A stretch of DNA of 64,000 nucleotides from an uncultured Gemmatimonadales bacterium (GCA_963851265.1 CAWKNZ010000008.1:192001-256000); one strand, 5' to 3'. Shown: positions 30,387 to 40,569, counted from the first letter of the stretch. Notes: generated from the sequence alone by a model not told the origin. Numbers and translations: made by a program.

Positions 30387-31942
30387 GGGCGCGCCGCATG
30401 TTGGGCGCGGCGCGCGGCGCGGCACTGCTCGCGCTCGGCGTGCAGGCGTCGCGTGCGGTCGCGCAGGCCGCGCCGCGGCCCGCCGCGCAGGGTGCCGTCT
30501 CGCCGGCCGCGGCGCGGGTCGTCGGCGCGCCCGGCGACACGCTGCGCGTCACGCTGGAGCAGAGCGTCTCGACGGCGCTCACGCGCGCGACGCCCGTCCT
30601 GACGGCGCAGGAGGACGAGCGCGCCGCGGCGGCGACCGTGCTGCGCGCCTACGGGCAGTTCCTGCCCACGCTCTCGGGGATCGGCAGCACGTATTCCGAG
30701 ACGGGCAACCCGCTGCTCTCGTCGACCGCGCTCCTGCCCACCAACACCACGCTGTACGGGCTCAACGTCGGCCTGTCCACGACCTACACGCTGTTCAACG
30801 GCACGCGCGACCGCGCCGCGCTGCGCGCCGCCGTCGCCCAGCGCGAGGCCGCCGGCCTCACGCTGGGCCGCGCGCGCCAGGAGATCGCCTACGACGTCAC
30901 GAACGCGTACTACCAGGTGGTACTCGACGACCGGCTCGCGACCGTGGCGCGGACGACGCTCGACCTCTCGCGCAGCCGCGAGGCGCAGCTGACGGCGCAG
31001 GTGCGCGCCGGCATGCGGGCCCCGCCCGACCTCTACCGCCAGCAGGCGCAGACGCGCGCCGACGAGGCGGCGGTGATCGCCGCCGACAACCGCGGCGACG
31101 CGGACCGCATCGCGCTGCTGCGGCGGTTGCGGTTCGACCCCGCGCGGCCGGTGGCCGTCTCGCTCCCGCCGGTCGCCGCGGACGGCACGCCCGCGCCGTT
31201 CGCGGCGAACGCGGCGCCCGGCGCCCGGCCCGACGCGGTGCCTGACGGGTCCCCGGCCGGCGCGACGACGCCCCCCGTGGCGACCGCGGCCGACGTCGCC
31301 GCGCTCGAACGCGAGGCGCTCGCCGCGCGCCCCGACCTCAGTGCCGCCGCGGCGCGGCACCGCGCGGCGGACCAGCAGCTCCGCTTCGCGCACGGCGAAC
31401 GCCTGCCGTCGATCGGCATCGAGTTCGACCTCGTCGACCAGGCACGCCTGTTCGGACGCGCGGTGCAGAACGGCCAGAACCTGCTCGCGCCGGGACAGCG
31501 GAGCCCGTTCTCGCAGCTCGGCTCGCAGGTGGCCGGGCTGCTCTCGCTCGGCGTGAACCTGCCGATCTTCGACCGCCACCAGGCGCGCGCCGACGAGGAG
31601 CGCGCCCGGGCCCTCGAGGAGCGGAGCGAGGTGGCCGAGGCGGACGTGCGGGACCGCATCGTGGGCGAGGTCGCGCAGGCGGCGGCCGACATCCGCGCGG
31701 CCGACCTCACGGCGCAGGCCGCGGCCGCGCAGGTGGCCGCGGCGGACAAGGCGTTCGCCGCCGTGAGCGGTCGCTACGAGGTCGGGATGGCGAACTTCAT
31801 CGACGTCGCGAGCGCGCAGACGGCGCTCGCGCAGGCCCGCGTCCAGCGCGAGCAGGCGACGGTCAACCAGTCGCTCGCCCGCGCCCGCCTCGGCCTCGCC
31901 ACCGGGCGCGGGGTGGCGGGCGCCGGGCGGGCGGCGCCGTGA
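30383..31942 (+). CDS. TolC family outer membrane protein
   Basis: Signal peptide, LPTL, AYYQV, RPDL, LPIFD, RYEVG; GTGA overlap. Confidence 0.88.
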   Translation: MRARRMLGAARGAALLALGVQASRAVAQAAPRPAAQGAVSPAAARVVGAPGDTLRVTLEQSVSTALTRATPVLTAQEDERAAAATVLRAYGQFLPTLSGIGSTYSETGNPLLSSTALLPTNTTLYGLNVGLSTTYTLFNGTRDRAALRAAVAQREAAGLTLGRARQEIAYDVTNAYYQVVLDDRLATVARTTLDLSRSREAQLTAQVRAGMRAPPDLYRQQAQTRADEAAVIAADNRGDADRIALLRRLRFDPARPVAVSLPPVAADGTPAPFAANAAPGARPDAVPDGSPAGATTPPVATAADVAALEREALAARPDLSAAAARHRAADQQLRFAHGERLPSIGIEFDLVDQARLFGRAVQNGQNLLAPGQRSPFSQLGSQVAGLLSLGVNLPIFDRHQARADEERARALEERSEVAEADVRDRIVGEVAQAAADIRAADLTAQAAAAQVAAADKAFAAVSGRYEVGMANFIDVASAQTALAQARVQREQATVNQSLARARLGLATGRGVAGAGRAAP

Positions 31943-32280
31943 CGGCGCGCGTGACGGCGCGCGTGACGGCGCGCGCGCCCGCGATGCGCTGCTTCACCGT
32001 GCGCGCCCGCGTCGTCGCCGCCCTCGGCAACGGCCAGATCGACGCGCTCCGGGCGTCGCTCGAGGCGCTCGCCGCCGCGCGCGACCTGCGGCTCGACGGG
32101 ACGTGGGCGCCCGAGCCGTCGTTCGTGCTGCACCGCGGCGGGCATGCGGTGCACGACGCCGACCGGCGCGCCACGGCCGCGTGGGCGGCGACGCGGCGCG
32201 AGTTCGTCGACTACACCGTCGGGCCGCTCGCGCGCGGCGACGGGCGGGTCGCGGTGGGCGCGGACGGGGGGGACGCCTAA
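31939..32280 (+). CDS. Small hypothetical protein, YggL/DUF469-like
   Basis: GTGA overlap with tolC; F-x-V...QID...L-x-x-DG...DR...W...VGPL pattern; start could be ATG 31984. Confidence 0.5.
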   Translation: MTARVTARVTARAPAMRCFTVRARVVAALGNGQIDALRASLEALAAARDLRLDGTWAPEPSFVLHRGGHAVHDADRRATAAWAATRREFVDYTVGPLARGDGRVAVGADGGDA

Positions 32281-32289
32281 CGCCCCGGG

Positions 32290-32640
32290 TCAGGGGATGA
32301 GGTGCATCAGCGCGCCCGCCGCGGTCGCGATCGCCGTGGCCGCGCCCGCGGCGCTGGTGATTCCGGTCAGGAGTCCACGCAGCGTCGGGCCGTCCGGCTT
32401 CTCGGCGGCGGCCTCGCGCGTCACCGCGGCGGCGCGCTCGCGCACCGCCGCCTCGTCGGCGGACGCCGGGCCGTAGCGCGCCACCGCGTCCTCGAGGTCG
32501 CGCACCCGCCGCGCCAGCTCGCCCGGATCGGCCGCCGGGCCCCCGCTCGACAGGCGCACGCCCGAGACGCGCTCGGCGATGACCTGGTTGGTCGCGGACA
32601 CGGTGCTGCCCGAGATGTGGACGCCGCCGGACGAGGACAT
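32290..32640 (-). CDS. Small hypothetical protein: N-terminal beta/amyloid-like motif plus helical bundle ending in a hydrophobic helix
   Basis: RBS GGAG, GC3-rich codons, 28 bp downstream of its co-oriented partner gene. Confidence 0.75.
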   Translation of the reverse strand: MSSSGGVHISGSTVSATNQVIAERVSGVRLSSGGPAADPGELARRVRDLEDAVARYGPASADEAAVRERAAAVTREAAAEKPDGPTLRGLLTGITSAAGAATAIATAAGALMHLIP

Positions 32641-32668
32641 GGAAGCTCCGATGTGTTAGGCGGACGCC

Positions 32669-34216
32669 TTATGCGGCCGCGGTGGTGACCGACTGCGCCG
32701 CCGTCTTGACGGACTGCGCGGCGGTCTTGACGCTGTTCATCGTGGCCGTCGCGCGGCCCCCCAGGACGACGTTGTCGCCCTCGATCTTGCTCTGCGAGAC
32801 GATGACGCCCGTGTTGAGGATCGTGTCGCGGCGCCCGATCAGCTCCGCCGTGTCGATGTCCTTCGCGTCGAGGAAGTCGGTGACGGCCTCGAGGATCTGA
32901 CGCTCGAGCAGCTTCGCGTGCATCTCCTGGTCGACGCGCTGGAAGTAGCGCCGGTAGTCCGCCGACGCCGCGGTTTCGCGCACCGACTTTCCGGCCCCGT
33001 AGTCGTACTCCAGGTTGTCGTCGATGCGCCGCCGGCGCTCGCGCTCCGCCGTGCGGCGGCCTAGCCGCTCCTGCAGCGCCGCGGTGGCGCGGAGGTACGC
33101 CGCGGCGGCCGAGAACGGCGCGAGCACGACCGCGACGATGCCGAGTCCGAACATCTCGCCGACGCGAGCGTCCTTCCGCAGCGCGTCGACCTTGTGGTAC
33201 GACTCGTGGATGGGCGGCAGCAGGTACTTGTTAACCTCGACGAACAGATTCGAGCCCTGGCGCACGCAGCGCAGGAACATCGTCACGACCAGCTCGCCGT
33301 CCCAGCTCGTGCTCTGCACGCACCGGTACGCGCGGATGCGCGGGTCGGCCCGCTCGGTGAGCGCGTGCACCTGCTCGGCGGGGATGCTCACCGAGGGCGC
33401 GGCGTACGGCGACGGCAGCAGCTGACGGTCGTCTCGGACGTCGCGCCCGTTGACGTACGCGACGGGGTCGAACGTGACGTGCGGCAGCCCCAGCCCCACG
33501 AGCGACTGCTCGACGCAGTCGTAGAGTTCGTGCACCGCGAACGGGCGGGGCGAGCAGCAGCCGTCGAGCATGCGCTTGCCCTTGGTGACGTTGAGGGCGA
33601 ACGACCAGCGCTCGACGAGGACCCCCGCGCCGACGAACGGCGTGAAGCCGCTGTAGACCACGAGATTCTGGCGCGCCTGCTCGCCGCACCGGGCGATGAG
33701 GGGCGCGTACTGCGCGGACGCCGGGGGGAGTGGCGCGCCGGCGAACGCGCGGCGCGACAGCCCCGACGCGATCGCGCCGAAGCGCGGGCTGTAGTCGCGG
33801 GCGAAGACGATCGCCGCCAGCACGGCCCACGCGGTGACGAGGGCGGGCACCACGTTCTGCGCCCCGATGAGCACTTCCGTCGCGAGCACCACCGCCGCGC
33901 CGCCGATGGACGCGAGGATGAGCCAGAGCGCGAACGACCGGTCCCGCCGGTCGGCCGCCGCGCAATGCGCCGCGACGGTTTGCAGGTCCACGCCGTACTC
34001 GGGCGCGGTGGCCGCGTGCTCGCGCCGGCGCACACGGTCGAGCACGTCGCGGCGGAACGCCGCGTTGGTGTACGCCGCGATCGCGAGCAGTCGCGTCGCC
34101 TCGCTCCCCGCACGCGGCGCGGCCGGAGCGGGCGGCGCGGCGGTCCCGGGTGCGGGCGCACCGCTCGCGCGCGGCGTGTAGGTGAACACGTCGTCGGACT
34201 GCGTGGGCATCGGCAT
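32669..34216 (-). CDS. Hypothetical membrane protein (515 aa) with a C-terminal amyloid-like motif
   Basis: RBS GGAG before ATG 34216; two N-terminal TM helices, a third hydrophobic segment, globular-looking core; the longer 1171-aa ORF overlaps czcA and is spurious upstream. Confidence 0.8.
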   Translation of the reverse strand: MPMPTQSDDVFTYTPRASGAPAPGTAAPPAPAAPRAGSEATRLLAIAAYTNAAFRRDVLDRVRRREHAATAPEYGVDLQTVAAHCAAADRRDRSFALWLILASIGGAAVVLATEVLIGAQNVVPALVTAWAVLAAIVFARDYSPRFGAIASGLSRRAFAGAPLPPASAQYAPLIARCGEQARQNLVVYSGFTPFVGAGVLVERWSFALNVTKGKRMLDGCCSPRPFAVHELYDCVEQSLVGLGLPHVTFDPVAYVNGRDVRDDRQLLPSPYAAPSVSIPAEQVHALTERADPRIRAYRCVQSTSWDGELVVTMFLRCVRQGSNLFVEVNKYLLPPIHESYHKVDALRKDARVGEMFGLGIVAVVLAPFSAAAAYLRATAALQERLGRRTAERERRRRIDDNLEYDYGAGKSVRETAASADYRRYFQRVDQEMHAKLLERQILEAVTDFLDAKDIDTAELIGRRDTILNTGVIVSQSKIEGDNVVLGGRATATMNSVKTAAQSVKTAAQSVTTAAA

Positions 34217-34518
34217 ACGGAACTCCACCTCGCGGCACGTGGATGCGCCGACGGTTGCCCGGCACTGGTCGCGTGCCGGGTTCCGGGGGCGGGGCGGGCA
34301 CGGCCAGACTCGCGACCGGCGCCGCCCCGCAGGCGCAGCGCCACTGTTGCAACCGATCGGAAATCGCGCCAGACCTCGGGGCCCGTGCGCGCAAGTCGCA
34401 AACGGCGATTTATGTCCGCGCCACGACGCTGCTACGTGATATTGCGCACAGTCGCGTGGCGCGAGCCGCCGTGCGGAGCCGGGCCCGGCGGCACGCGCGC
34501 GGCGAGCCCCGCCGTGCC

Positions 34519-37500
34519 TTACGCGGGCTCGGCGCGCACCGCGGCGGCGATCGCCGGCACCGCGGGGCGGGCGGGCCTCGCCTCCGTACCGCCGCCCGTC
34601 TCGGGCGCGGCGCCCGCGCCCGGCCGCTGCCCCGCCCCGCCCCGGTCGTGCCGCCGCTCCGCCCACCCGATCACGGCGCGGTACAGCACCGGCAGCAGGA
34701 ACAGCGTCAGCGCCGTGCTCGTCAGCAGCCCGCCGATCACGACCGTCGCGAGCGGCCGCTGCACCTCGCTCCCGGGCGTCGACGAGATCGCCATCGGCAC
34801 GAAGCCGAGGCTCGCCACGAGCGCCGTCATCAGCACCGGTCGCACGCGATCGCTCGCGCCCATCCGCACCGCCTCGTCGACGTCGTGCCCCGGCTCGCCG
34901 TCCAGCCCCTGCCGCAGTGCGTTCACGTGCGACACGAGGACGACGCCGTTGAGCACCGCGATCCCGAACAGCGCGATGAATCCGACGCTCGCCGAGAGCG
35001 ACAGGTTGAGGTGGCGCAACCACAGCGCCGCGACGCCGCCGACGAGCGCGAACGGAACGTTGGTCAGCACGAGCGCCGTCTGCAGCACCGAGCGGAACGA
35101 GGCGTAGAGCAGCAGCACGATCAGCCCGAGCGCGAGCGGCACCACGACCCGCAGCCGCTGCATCGCGCGCTGCTGGTTCTCGTACTGCCCGCCCCACTCC
35201 AGGAAGGTGCCCGACGGGATCGGCACCTCGCGCGCCACGCGCGCGCGCACCTCCGTGACGAAGCTGCCCAGGTCGCGCCCGCGCACGTTCGCCATCGCCA
35301 GCGTGCGGCGCTGCGCGTCCTCGTGGCTGATCTGCTCGGGGCCGGTCTGCGGCACGACGTCCGCCACCGCCGAGAGCGGCACCACCGCGCCCGTGGTCGG
35401 GCTGCGGAGCAGGAGGTTGGCGAGCGCGCCCGGGTCCTGCTGCTGCGCCGCCGGGTACCGGACGGCCACGCCGATCCGCCGCGGCCCGTCGACCATCTCG
35501 GTCGCGACGTCGCCGCCTAACGCCATGTTCACCGCGTCGCGCACGTCGGCCACCGACAGGCCGTAGCGCGCGAGGTCGGCGCGCCGCACCGAGACCTGGA
35601 GCTGCCCCGTCCCCTCGCTCACCTCGACCGACACGTCGGCCGAGCCGGGCACGGTGCCGAGCACCCCCCGGATGCGGTTGGCGATCTGCTCGTTCCGCTC
35701 CAGACTGGGGCCCACCACCTTCACCCCGAGGTCCGTGCGGATCCCGCTCTCCGCCTCGTCGAGCCGCATCGCGAGCGGCTGCGTGAAGCTCACCCACAGC
35801 CCCGGCACGCTCTTCAGCGCCGAGTCGAACGCGGCGATCATCCCCTCGGGGTCCTTCGCCGTCTTCCACTCGCCGCGGTCCCGGAGCGTCACGTACTGGT
35901 CGCCCTCGTAGAGTCCCATCGCCTCGGTCGCGAGGTCCGGACGCCCTTCCTTCGTGACGACCGAGAGCACCTCCGGAAAGCGCCGCACGATCCGCTCCGA
36001 CTCGAGCGAGAGCTTGGTCGCGTCGGCGAGCGACACGCTCGGCAGACGCCGGGTGTTGATGAGGATCGCCCCCTCGTCGAGCTTCGGCATGAACTCGGTG
36101 CCGATCCGCGTCAGCGACCACGCGGCGCTCACCGCGAGCAGGACCGCGACCGCGGTGATCACCTTCCCGTGCCGGATGCTCCACTCCAGCGCGCCCGCGT
36201 AGCGGTCGCGCAGGCGCGATTCGAGGCCGGAGGCGCCGCTCTTCCCCACGGCGCCGTCCTTTTCGCGCGCGCCGGAATCGCCCGCCTTCTCCTTCGGCGC
36301 CTTCAGCAGCGCCGCCGAGATGGTCGGCACGTACGTGAGGGCGAGCAGCAGCGAGCCGAGCACGGCACAGACGACCGTGAAGGCCATCGGTTTGAACATC
36401 CGCCCTTCCATCCCCTCGAGCGTGAAGATGGGGATGTACACGGCGACGATGATCGCGATGCCGAAGAGCACCGGCCGCCCGACCTCGACGGCCGCGTCGC
36501 GGAAGAACGCCGCGCGCGCGTCCGCGTCGTTCGCGTCCGGCGGGGCCTTCTCCATCCGGTGCACGAAGTTCTCGACCATCACGATCGCGCCGTCGACGAT
36601 CAGCCCGAAGTCGAGCGCGCCGAGCGACATCAGGTTGGCCGAGTAGCCGAACAGGTACATCCCGCCGAACGCGATGAGCATCGAGAGCGGGATCACGCTC
36701 GCCACGATGAGCGACGCGCGCACGTTGCGCAGGAACAGGAAGAGCACCGCGATGACGAGAATCCCGCCCTCGAGCAGATTCTTCGTGATCGTGTGCGTGG
36801 TGCGCCCCACCAGCTCGGTCTGGTCGTAGAACGGTACGATGTGCACGTGCTTCGGCAGCGCCGAGCGGATCTCGTCCATGCGCGCCTTCACCGCGTCGAT
36901 CACCCGGCGGCTGTCGGCGCCCTGGAGCTTGAGCACCATGCCCGTCACGACCTCGCCCTTGCCGTTCTGCGTGACCGCGCCGTAGCGCGGCATCCCGCCG
37001 TCCTGCACCGTCGCCACGTCGGCCACGGTCACGGGGGTACCCCCCGGATTCGCGATCACCACCTGCCCGATCTGGGCCGCCGACGTCAGCCGCCCCACGC
37101 CCCGTACGGTGTAGCGGGTTCCGGCGCGCTCCAGGTACGGCCCGCCGAACGACAGGTTGTTGTCCGCGAGCGCCTTACTCACGTCTCCCATCGTCAACCC
37201 GCGCGCGACGAGCCGCGCGGGGTCGACCTCGACGTGCATCTGTTCGATCAGCCCGCCCCACGAGTTCACGTCGCTCACGCCCGGCACCGTGCGCAGCCGG
37301 GGGCGGATCGTGTAGTCGTGGAGCGCCTTGAGTTGGATGAGCGACATCGAGTCGCTCGTCACCGTGTACTGGAACAGCTCGCCCATCGGCGTCGACAGCG
37401 GCCCCATCGTGGCCTCGACCCCCGCGGGCAGCGCGTTCTTCGCCTGCGCCAACCGCTGTTCCACCAGCGTGCGCGCGAAGTACACGTCCGTCCCGTCGGG

Positions 37501-37788
37501 GAACGGCACGGTGATGATCGTCAACCCCGTCTTGGACGTCGACCGGACCCCGGTCACGCCGGGGAGTCCCATCAGCGCCGACTCGAGCGGGTACGTCACG
37601 AGCTGCTCGACCTCCTCGGGGGCGAGCCCGGGCGCGGTGGCCGACACGTCGACGCGCACCCCCGTGAGGTCGGGGTACGCGTCGAACGGGATGCGCAGGA
37701 GCGCGAACAGGCCGAAGGCGACGACCGCGAGCAGCCCGCCGACCGTCACGATCCGATTCTTCAGGACGAACCCGATCAGCTTGCGCAT
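34519..37788 (-). CDS. czcA: CusA/CzcA family heavy-metal efflux RND permease
   Basis: DAYPD, APEEVEQLVTYPLE, NLMSLGALDFGLIVDGAIVMVEN, GTEFMPKLDEG, GSEVQRPLATVVIGG. Confidence 0.93.
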   Translation of the reverse strand: MRKLIGFVLKNRIVTVGGLLAVVAFGLFALLRIPFDAYPDLTGVRVDVSATAPGLAPEEVEQLVTYPLESALMGLPGVTGVRSTSKTGLTIITVPFPDGTDVYFARTLVEQRLAQAKNALPAGVEATMGPLSTPMGELFQYTVTSDSMSLIQLKALHDYTIRPRLRTVPGVSDVNSWGGLIEQMHVEVDPARLVARGLTMGDVSKALADNNLSFGGPYLERAGTRYTVRGVGRLTSAAQIGQVVIANPGGTPVTVADVATVQDGGMPRYGAVTQNGKGEVVTGMVLKLQGADSRRVIDAVKARMDEIRSALPKHVHIVPFYDQTELVGRTTHTITKNLLEGGILVIAVLFLFLRNVRASLIVASVIPLSMLIAFGGMYLFGYSANLMSLGALDFGLIVDGAIVMVENFVHRMEKAPPDANDADARAAFFRDAAVEVGRPVLFGIAIIVAVYIPIFTLEGMEGRMFKPMAFTVVCAVLGSLLLALTYVPTISAALLKAPKEKAGDSGAREKDGAVGKSGASGLESRLRDRYAGALEWSIRHGKVITAVAVLLAVSAAWSLTRIGTEFMPKLDEGAILINTRRLPSVSLADATKLSLESERIVRRFPEVLSVVTKEGRPDLATEAMGLYEGDQYVTLRDRGEWKTAKDPEGMIAAFDSALKSVPGLWVSFTQPLAMRLDEAESGIRTDLGVKVVGPSLERNEQIANRIRGVLGTVPGSADVSVEVSEGTGQLQVSVRRADLARYGLSVADVRDAVNMALGGDVATEMVDGPRRIGVAVRYPAAQQQDPGALANLLLRSPTTGAVVPLSAVADVVPQTGPEQISHEDAQRRTLAMANVRGRDLGSFVTEVRARVAREVPIPSGTFLEWGGQYENQQRAMQRLRVVVPLALGLIVLLLYASFRSVLQTALVLTNVPFALVGGVAALWLRHLNLSLSASVGFIALFGIAVLNGVVLVSHVNALRQGLDGEPGHDVDEAVRMGASDRVRPVLMTALVASLGFVPMAISSTPGSEVQRPLATVVIGGLLTSTALTLFLLPVLYRAVIGWAERRHDRGGAGQRPGAGAAPETGGGTEARPARPAVPAIAAAVRAEPA

Positions 37789-39155
37789 CAGCCGCCTCCC
37801 TCCCCGCCGCCCCCGCCGCTGCGCTGGTCGCGCCGGCGCTGGATTTCGGCCTTCGCGATTCCCGCCCCTTCCGTCACGACTGCGGCGCCCGGCGCGAGCC
37901 CGGCGACGATCTCGGCCAACCCCTGCGCACGCCGTCCCGCGCGCACGGGGAGGGCCTGCAACACCACCCCGCCGGCGTTGCCCGGCCCCGGCCGCTGGGT
38001 GACGACCACCGTATCGCCCTGGAATTCCTGCACCGCCGCGTCCGAGACGGCGAGCACCGATGCCCCGGCCGTCCCGAGCAACTCCGCCGCCGCGGTCATC
38101 TCCGCCTTCAACTCGCCGCGCGCGTTCGGCACGGTCGCCAGCACCTCCGCCGTGCGCGACGCCGAGTCGAGCGCCGGCGCCACGCGCACCACGCGCGCCG
38201 TGAAGGCGCGGTTCGGGTAGGCCGGCACGGTGAACCGCACCGTCGCGCCCACCCGCGCCGCGCCGAGCGCCTGCTCGGGGAGCCGCATCATGAGCCCGAG
38301 CGTGCCGAGCCGCCCGACCGTGACGAGCGGCGCGCCGACCGCCACGACGCTGCCCGGCTGCGCGTCGCGGGTCGTCACCACGCCGTCGTACGGCGCGCGC
38401 ACGAGCACCTCGTGCTCGTCGACGCCAGCCGGGATGGGCCCGCGGCCGACCAGGTGCGCCACGTACTCATTCGCGTACGACAGCTCTGCGTCCGCGCGCG
38501 CCGACGACGCGCGCGCGTCGGACTGCGCGTTGCGCGCGCGCTCGAGATCGGCGAGCGCACCCGCTTTCGCCGCGTACAACCGCTCGGCGCGCGCCGTGGC
38601 CGATTGCGCGTAGCGCAGGTCGCTCGCCGCCTGCGCCTTGGTGGCCTGCGCCTGTGCCAGCCGGTTCCGCGCGTCGAGCATCTCGTCGCTGTGCAGGATG
38701 ACGAGCACCTGGTCGCGCCGCACGCGGTCGCCCGGCTGCGCGAGCACGCGCACGACGCGCCCCTCCACGATGCTGCCCAACGGCTGCGTGGTGGTCGGGT
38801 CGAGCACGAGGCGCGCGGGAGCCGCCCACACGGCGCGCCACGGCACGAGGCGGGCGGTGTCGGTCTTGAACCCGGCCACGCGCGCGGCCTCGGCGGTGAG
38901 GAGCGCGGTGTCGGGCACGTTCGCGGCGGACGCGGGCGCCCCGGCGCCCTTCCCCGTGCCCTTCGCGTCGCCCTTCGCGTCGCCCTTCGCCGCGCCCTTC
39001 GCATCGCCGCCCTTGTCGGCCCCCTTGTCCGCGGCGTTCGTGCCGCCGGCGGACTTGGCCTCGCCCTTTCCGCACGCGGCGGCACACGCGAACGCCAGGA
39101 CGGCGCCGCGCCGCGCGTGCAGCGCGGCCGCGCGGAGGAATCGTGTCAGCATCAT
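37788..39155 (-). CDS. CzcB-like periplasmic adaptor subunit
   Basis: Lipobox-like AAAC, EGRV...GDRV, APYDGVV, LDSASRT; between OMF and czcA with overlapping start/stop codons. Confidence 0.88.
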   Translation of the reverse strand: MMLTRFLRAAALHARRGAVLAFACAAACGKGEAKSAGGTNAADKGADKGGDAKGAAKGDAKGDAKGTGKGAGAPASAANVPDTALLTAEAARVAGFKTDTARLVPWRAVWAAPARLVLDPTTTQPLGSIVEGRVVRVLAQPGDRVRRDQVLVILHSDEMLDARNRLAQAQATKAQAASDLRYAQSATARAERLYAAKAGALADLERARNAQSDARASSARADAELSYANEYVAHLVGRGPIPAGVDEHEVLVRAPYDGVVTTRDAQPGSVVAVGAPLVTVGRLGTLGLMMRLPEQALGAARVGATVRFTVPAYPNRAFTARVVRVAPALDSASRTAEVLATVPNARGELKAEMTAAAELLGTAGASVLAVSDAAVQEFQGDTVVVTQRPGPGNAGGVVLQALPVRAGRRAQGLAEIVAGLAPGAAVVTEGAGIAKAEIQRRRDQRSGGGGGEGGG

Positions 39156-40543
39156 TTCGTCAGCGTCGTAGCGGGGGCGGCCGGGGCGCCGGTCGCGCGC
39201 TCCAAATCCAGGCGGGCGAGGCGCAAGTCCGCGGCCCACCGCAGCGCAGCGGCGCGCACGTCGCCGCGCGACCGCACGGCGTCGAGCAGTTCGAGCAGCG
39301 TGGCGGCCCCCTCGCGGTACGCCACCTCGGTCACCGCGGCCACGTCGCGCCCGCGCGCGTCGAGCGACGCCGCGTTCAGCGCGCCCCCACCGGACGTCGC
39401 CGCGCCCCCGCTCTCAGCCAGAAGCGTCGCGTACGCGCGCACCCCGGCCTCGACCTCGGCGGTCACCTGGGCCTCCGCGGCGCGCAGGTCGTTCTCGGCG
39501 GCCACGAGATCGCCCGCGGCGCGCGCCCGCCCACCCTGGTTGCGGTCGAACAACGGCACCGAGACGTACACGCCGACGAGGCCGGTGTTCGCAGCGGCGG
39601 TGCGCTTGTACCCCGCAACCCCGCCCACGCCGGGGCGCCCGCCGAGCCGCTCGACGCCCGCGCGACGCTGCGCTTCGACGAGGCGCGCGCGGGCCGCGAC
39701 GACCTCGGGGCGTTGGCGGAGCGCGGCCTCGACGAGCGCGCGCGCGTCCGGCTCGGGCTGGTACTCGGCGGCAGCACCGGCACCGCCGCCGACGGCGGTG
39801 CCCGCGTAGGCGACCGTGCGCACCGCGGGCGCGCCGCCCGGCACGTCCACCGGGTCGGTGGGCCACGGTACCCGGTCGAGCGGGAGGGCGAGCGCGCGCG
39901 CGAGGTCGCCACGCGCGCGCTCTGCGTCGGCGCGCGCCGTGGCCGCGACGAGCCGCAGACGCGCGGCTTCGAGCTGCGTGCGCATCGCCGCGCCTTCCGC
40001 GATCGCGCCCTCGCGCGCGCGCCGCACCTGCACGGTACTGAGGCTGTCGAAGGCCTGTCGCTGCGCGTCGGCCACGCCGCGGAGGGCGACCGCGAGGGCC
40101 GCGCGCCAGTACGCGCGCGCCACGTCGTACTCGACCGTGCGCGCCGTCGTGGTCGAGTCGGCCGCGGCGCGCGCGGCGACCGCGCCGACGAGCCCGCGCA
40201 GCGCGTACCGGCGCCCGTACGCATCCACGCCGAGAGCCGCGGTGACGAACTCGTCGGGTGCGATGGGACCGCCGATGTTCTCGCGGCGGTACTCGAGCGT
40301 GGGGTTGAGGAAGGCCGCGTCCTGGCGCGCCTGGCCCACGGCCGACTGCCGGCGACCGCCCGCGGCCCGAAGCGCCGGATGCTCGCCGCGCGCCATGGCG
40401 AGCGCGTCGGCGAGCGAGAACCCGTCCTGCGCGACGGCGGGCCGGAGCGCGGCGGCGAGCAGCACGACGAGCAGGGCGGCACACGCGGCCGCCGACCGGC
40501 GAGGGGCGCGCGGTCGGAACGGGCGCAGACGAGGACTCCACAT
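39152..40543 (-). CDS. CzcC-like TolC family outer membrane protein
   Basis: Signal peptide, NP-x-L, VPLFDRNQG, AY-x-EG...LLELLDA. Confidence 0.88.
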   Translation of the reverse strand: MWSPRLRPFRPRAPRRSAAACAALLVVLLAAALRPAVAQDGFSLADALAMARGEHPALRAAGGRRQSAVGQARQDAAFLNPTLEYRRENIGGPIAPDEFVTAALGVDAYGRRYALRGLVGAVAARAAADSTTTARTVEYDVARAYWRAALAVALRGVADAQRQAFDSLSTVQVRRAREGAIAEGAAMRTQLEAARLRLVAATARADAERARGDLARALALPLDRVPWPTDPVDVPGGAPAVRTVAYAGTAVGGGAGAAAEYQPEPDARALVEAALRQRPEVVAARARLVEAQRRAGVERLGGRPGVGGVAGYKRTAAANTGLVGVYVSVPLFDRNQGGRARAAGDLVAAENDLRAAEAQVTAEVEAGVRAYATLLAESGGAATSGGGALNAASLDARGRDVAAVTEVAYREGAATLLELLDAVRSRGDVRAAALRWAADLRLARLDLERATGAPAAPATTLTK

Positions 40544-40569
40544 CACTGGGCCAACGATAGCCGGCCCGC

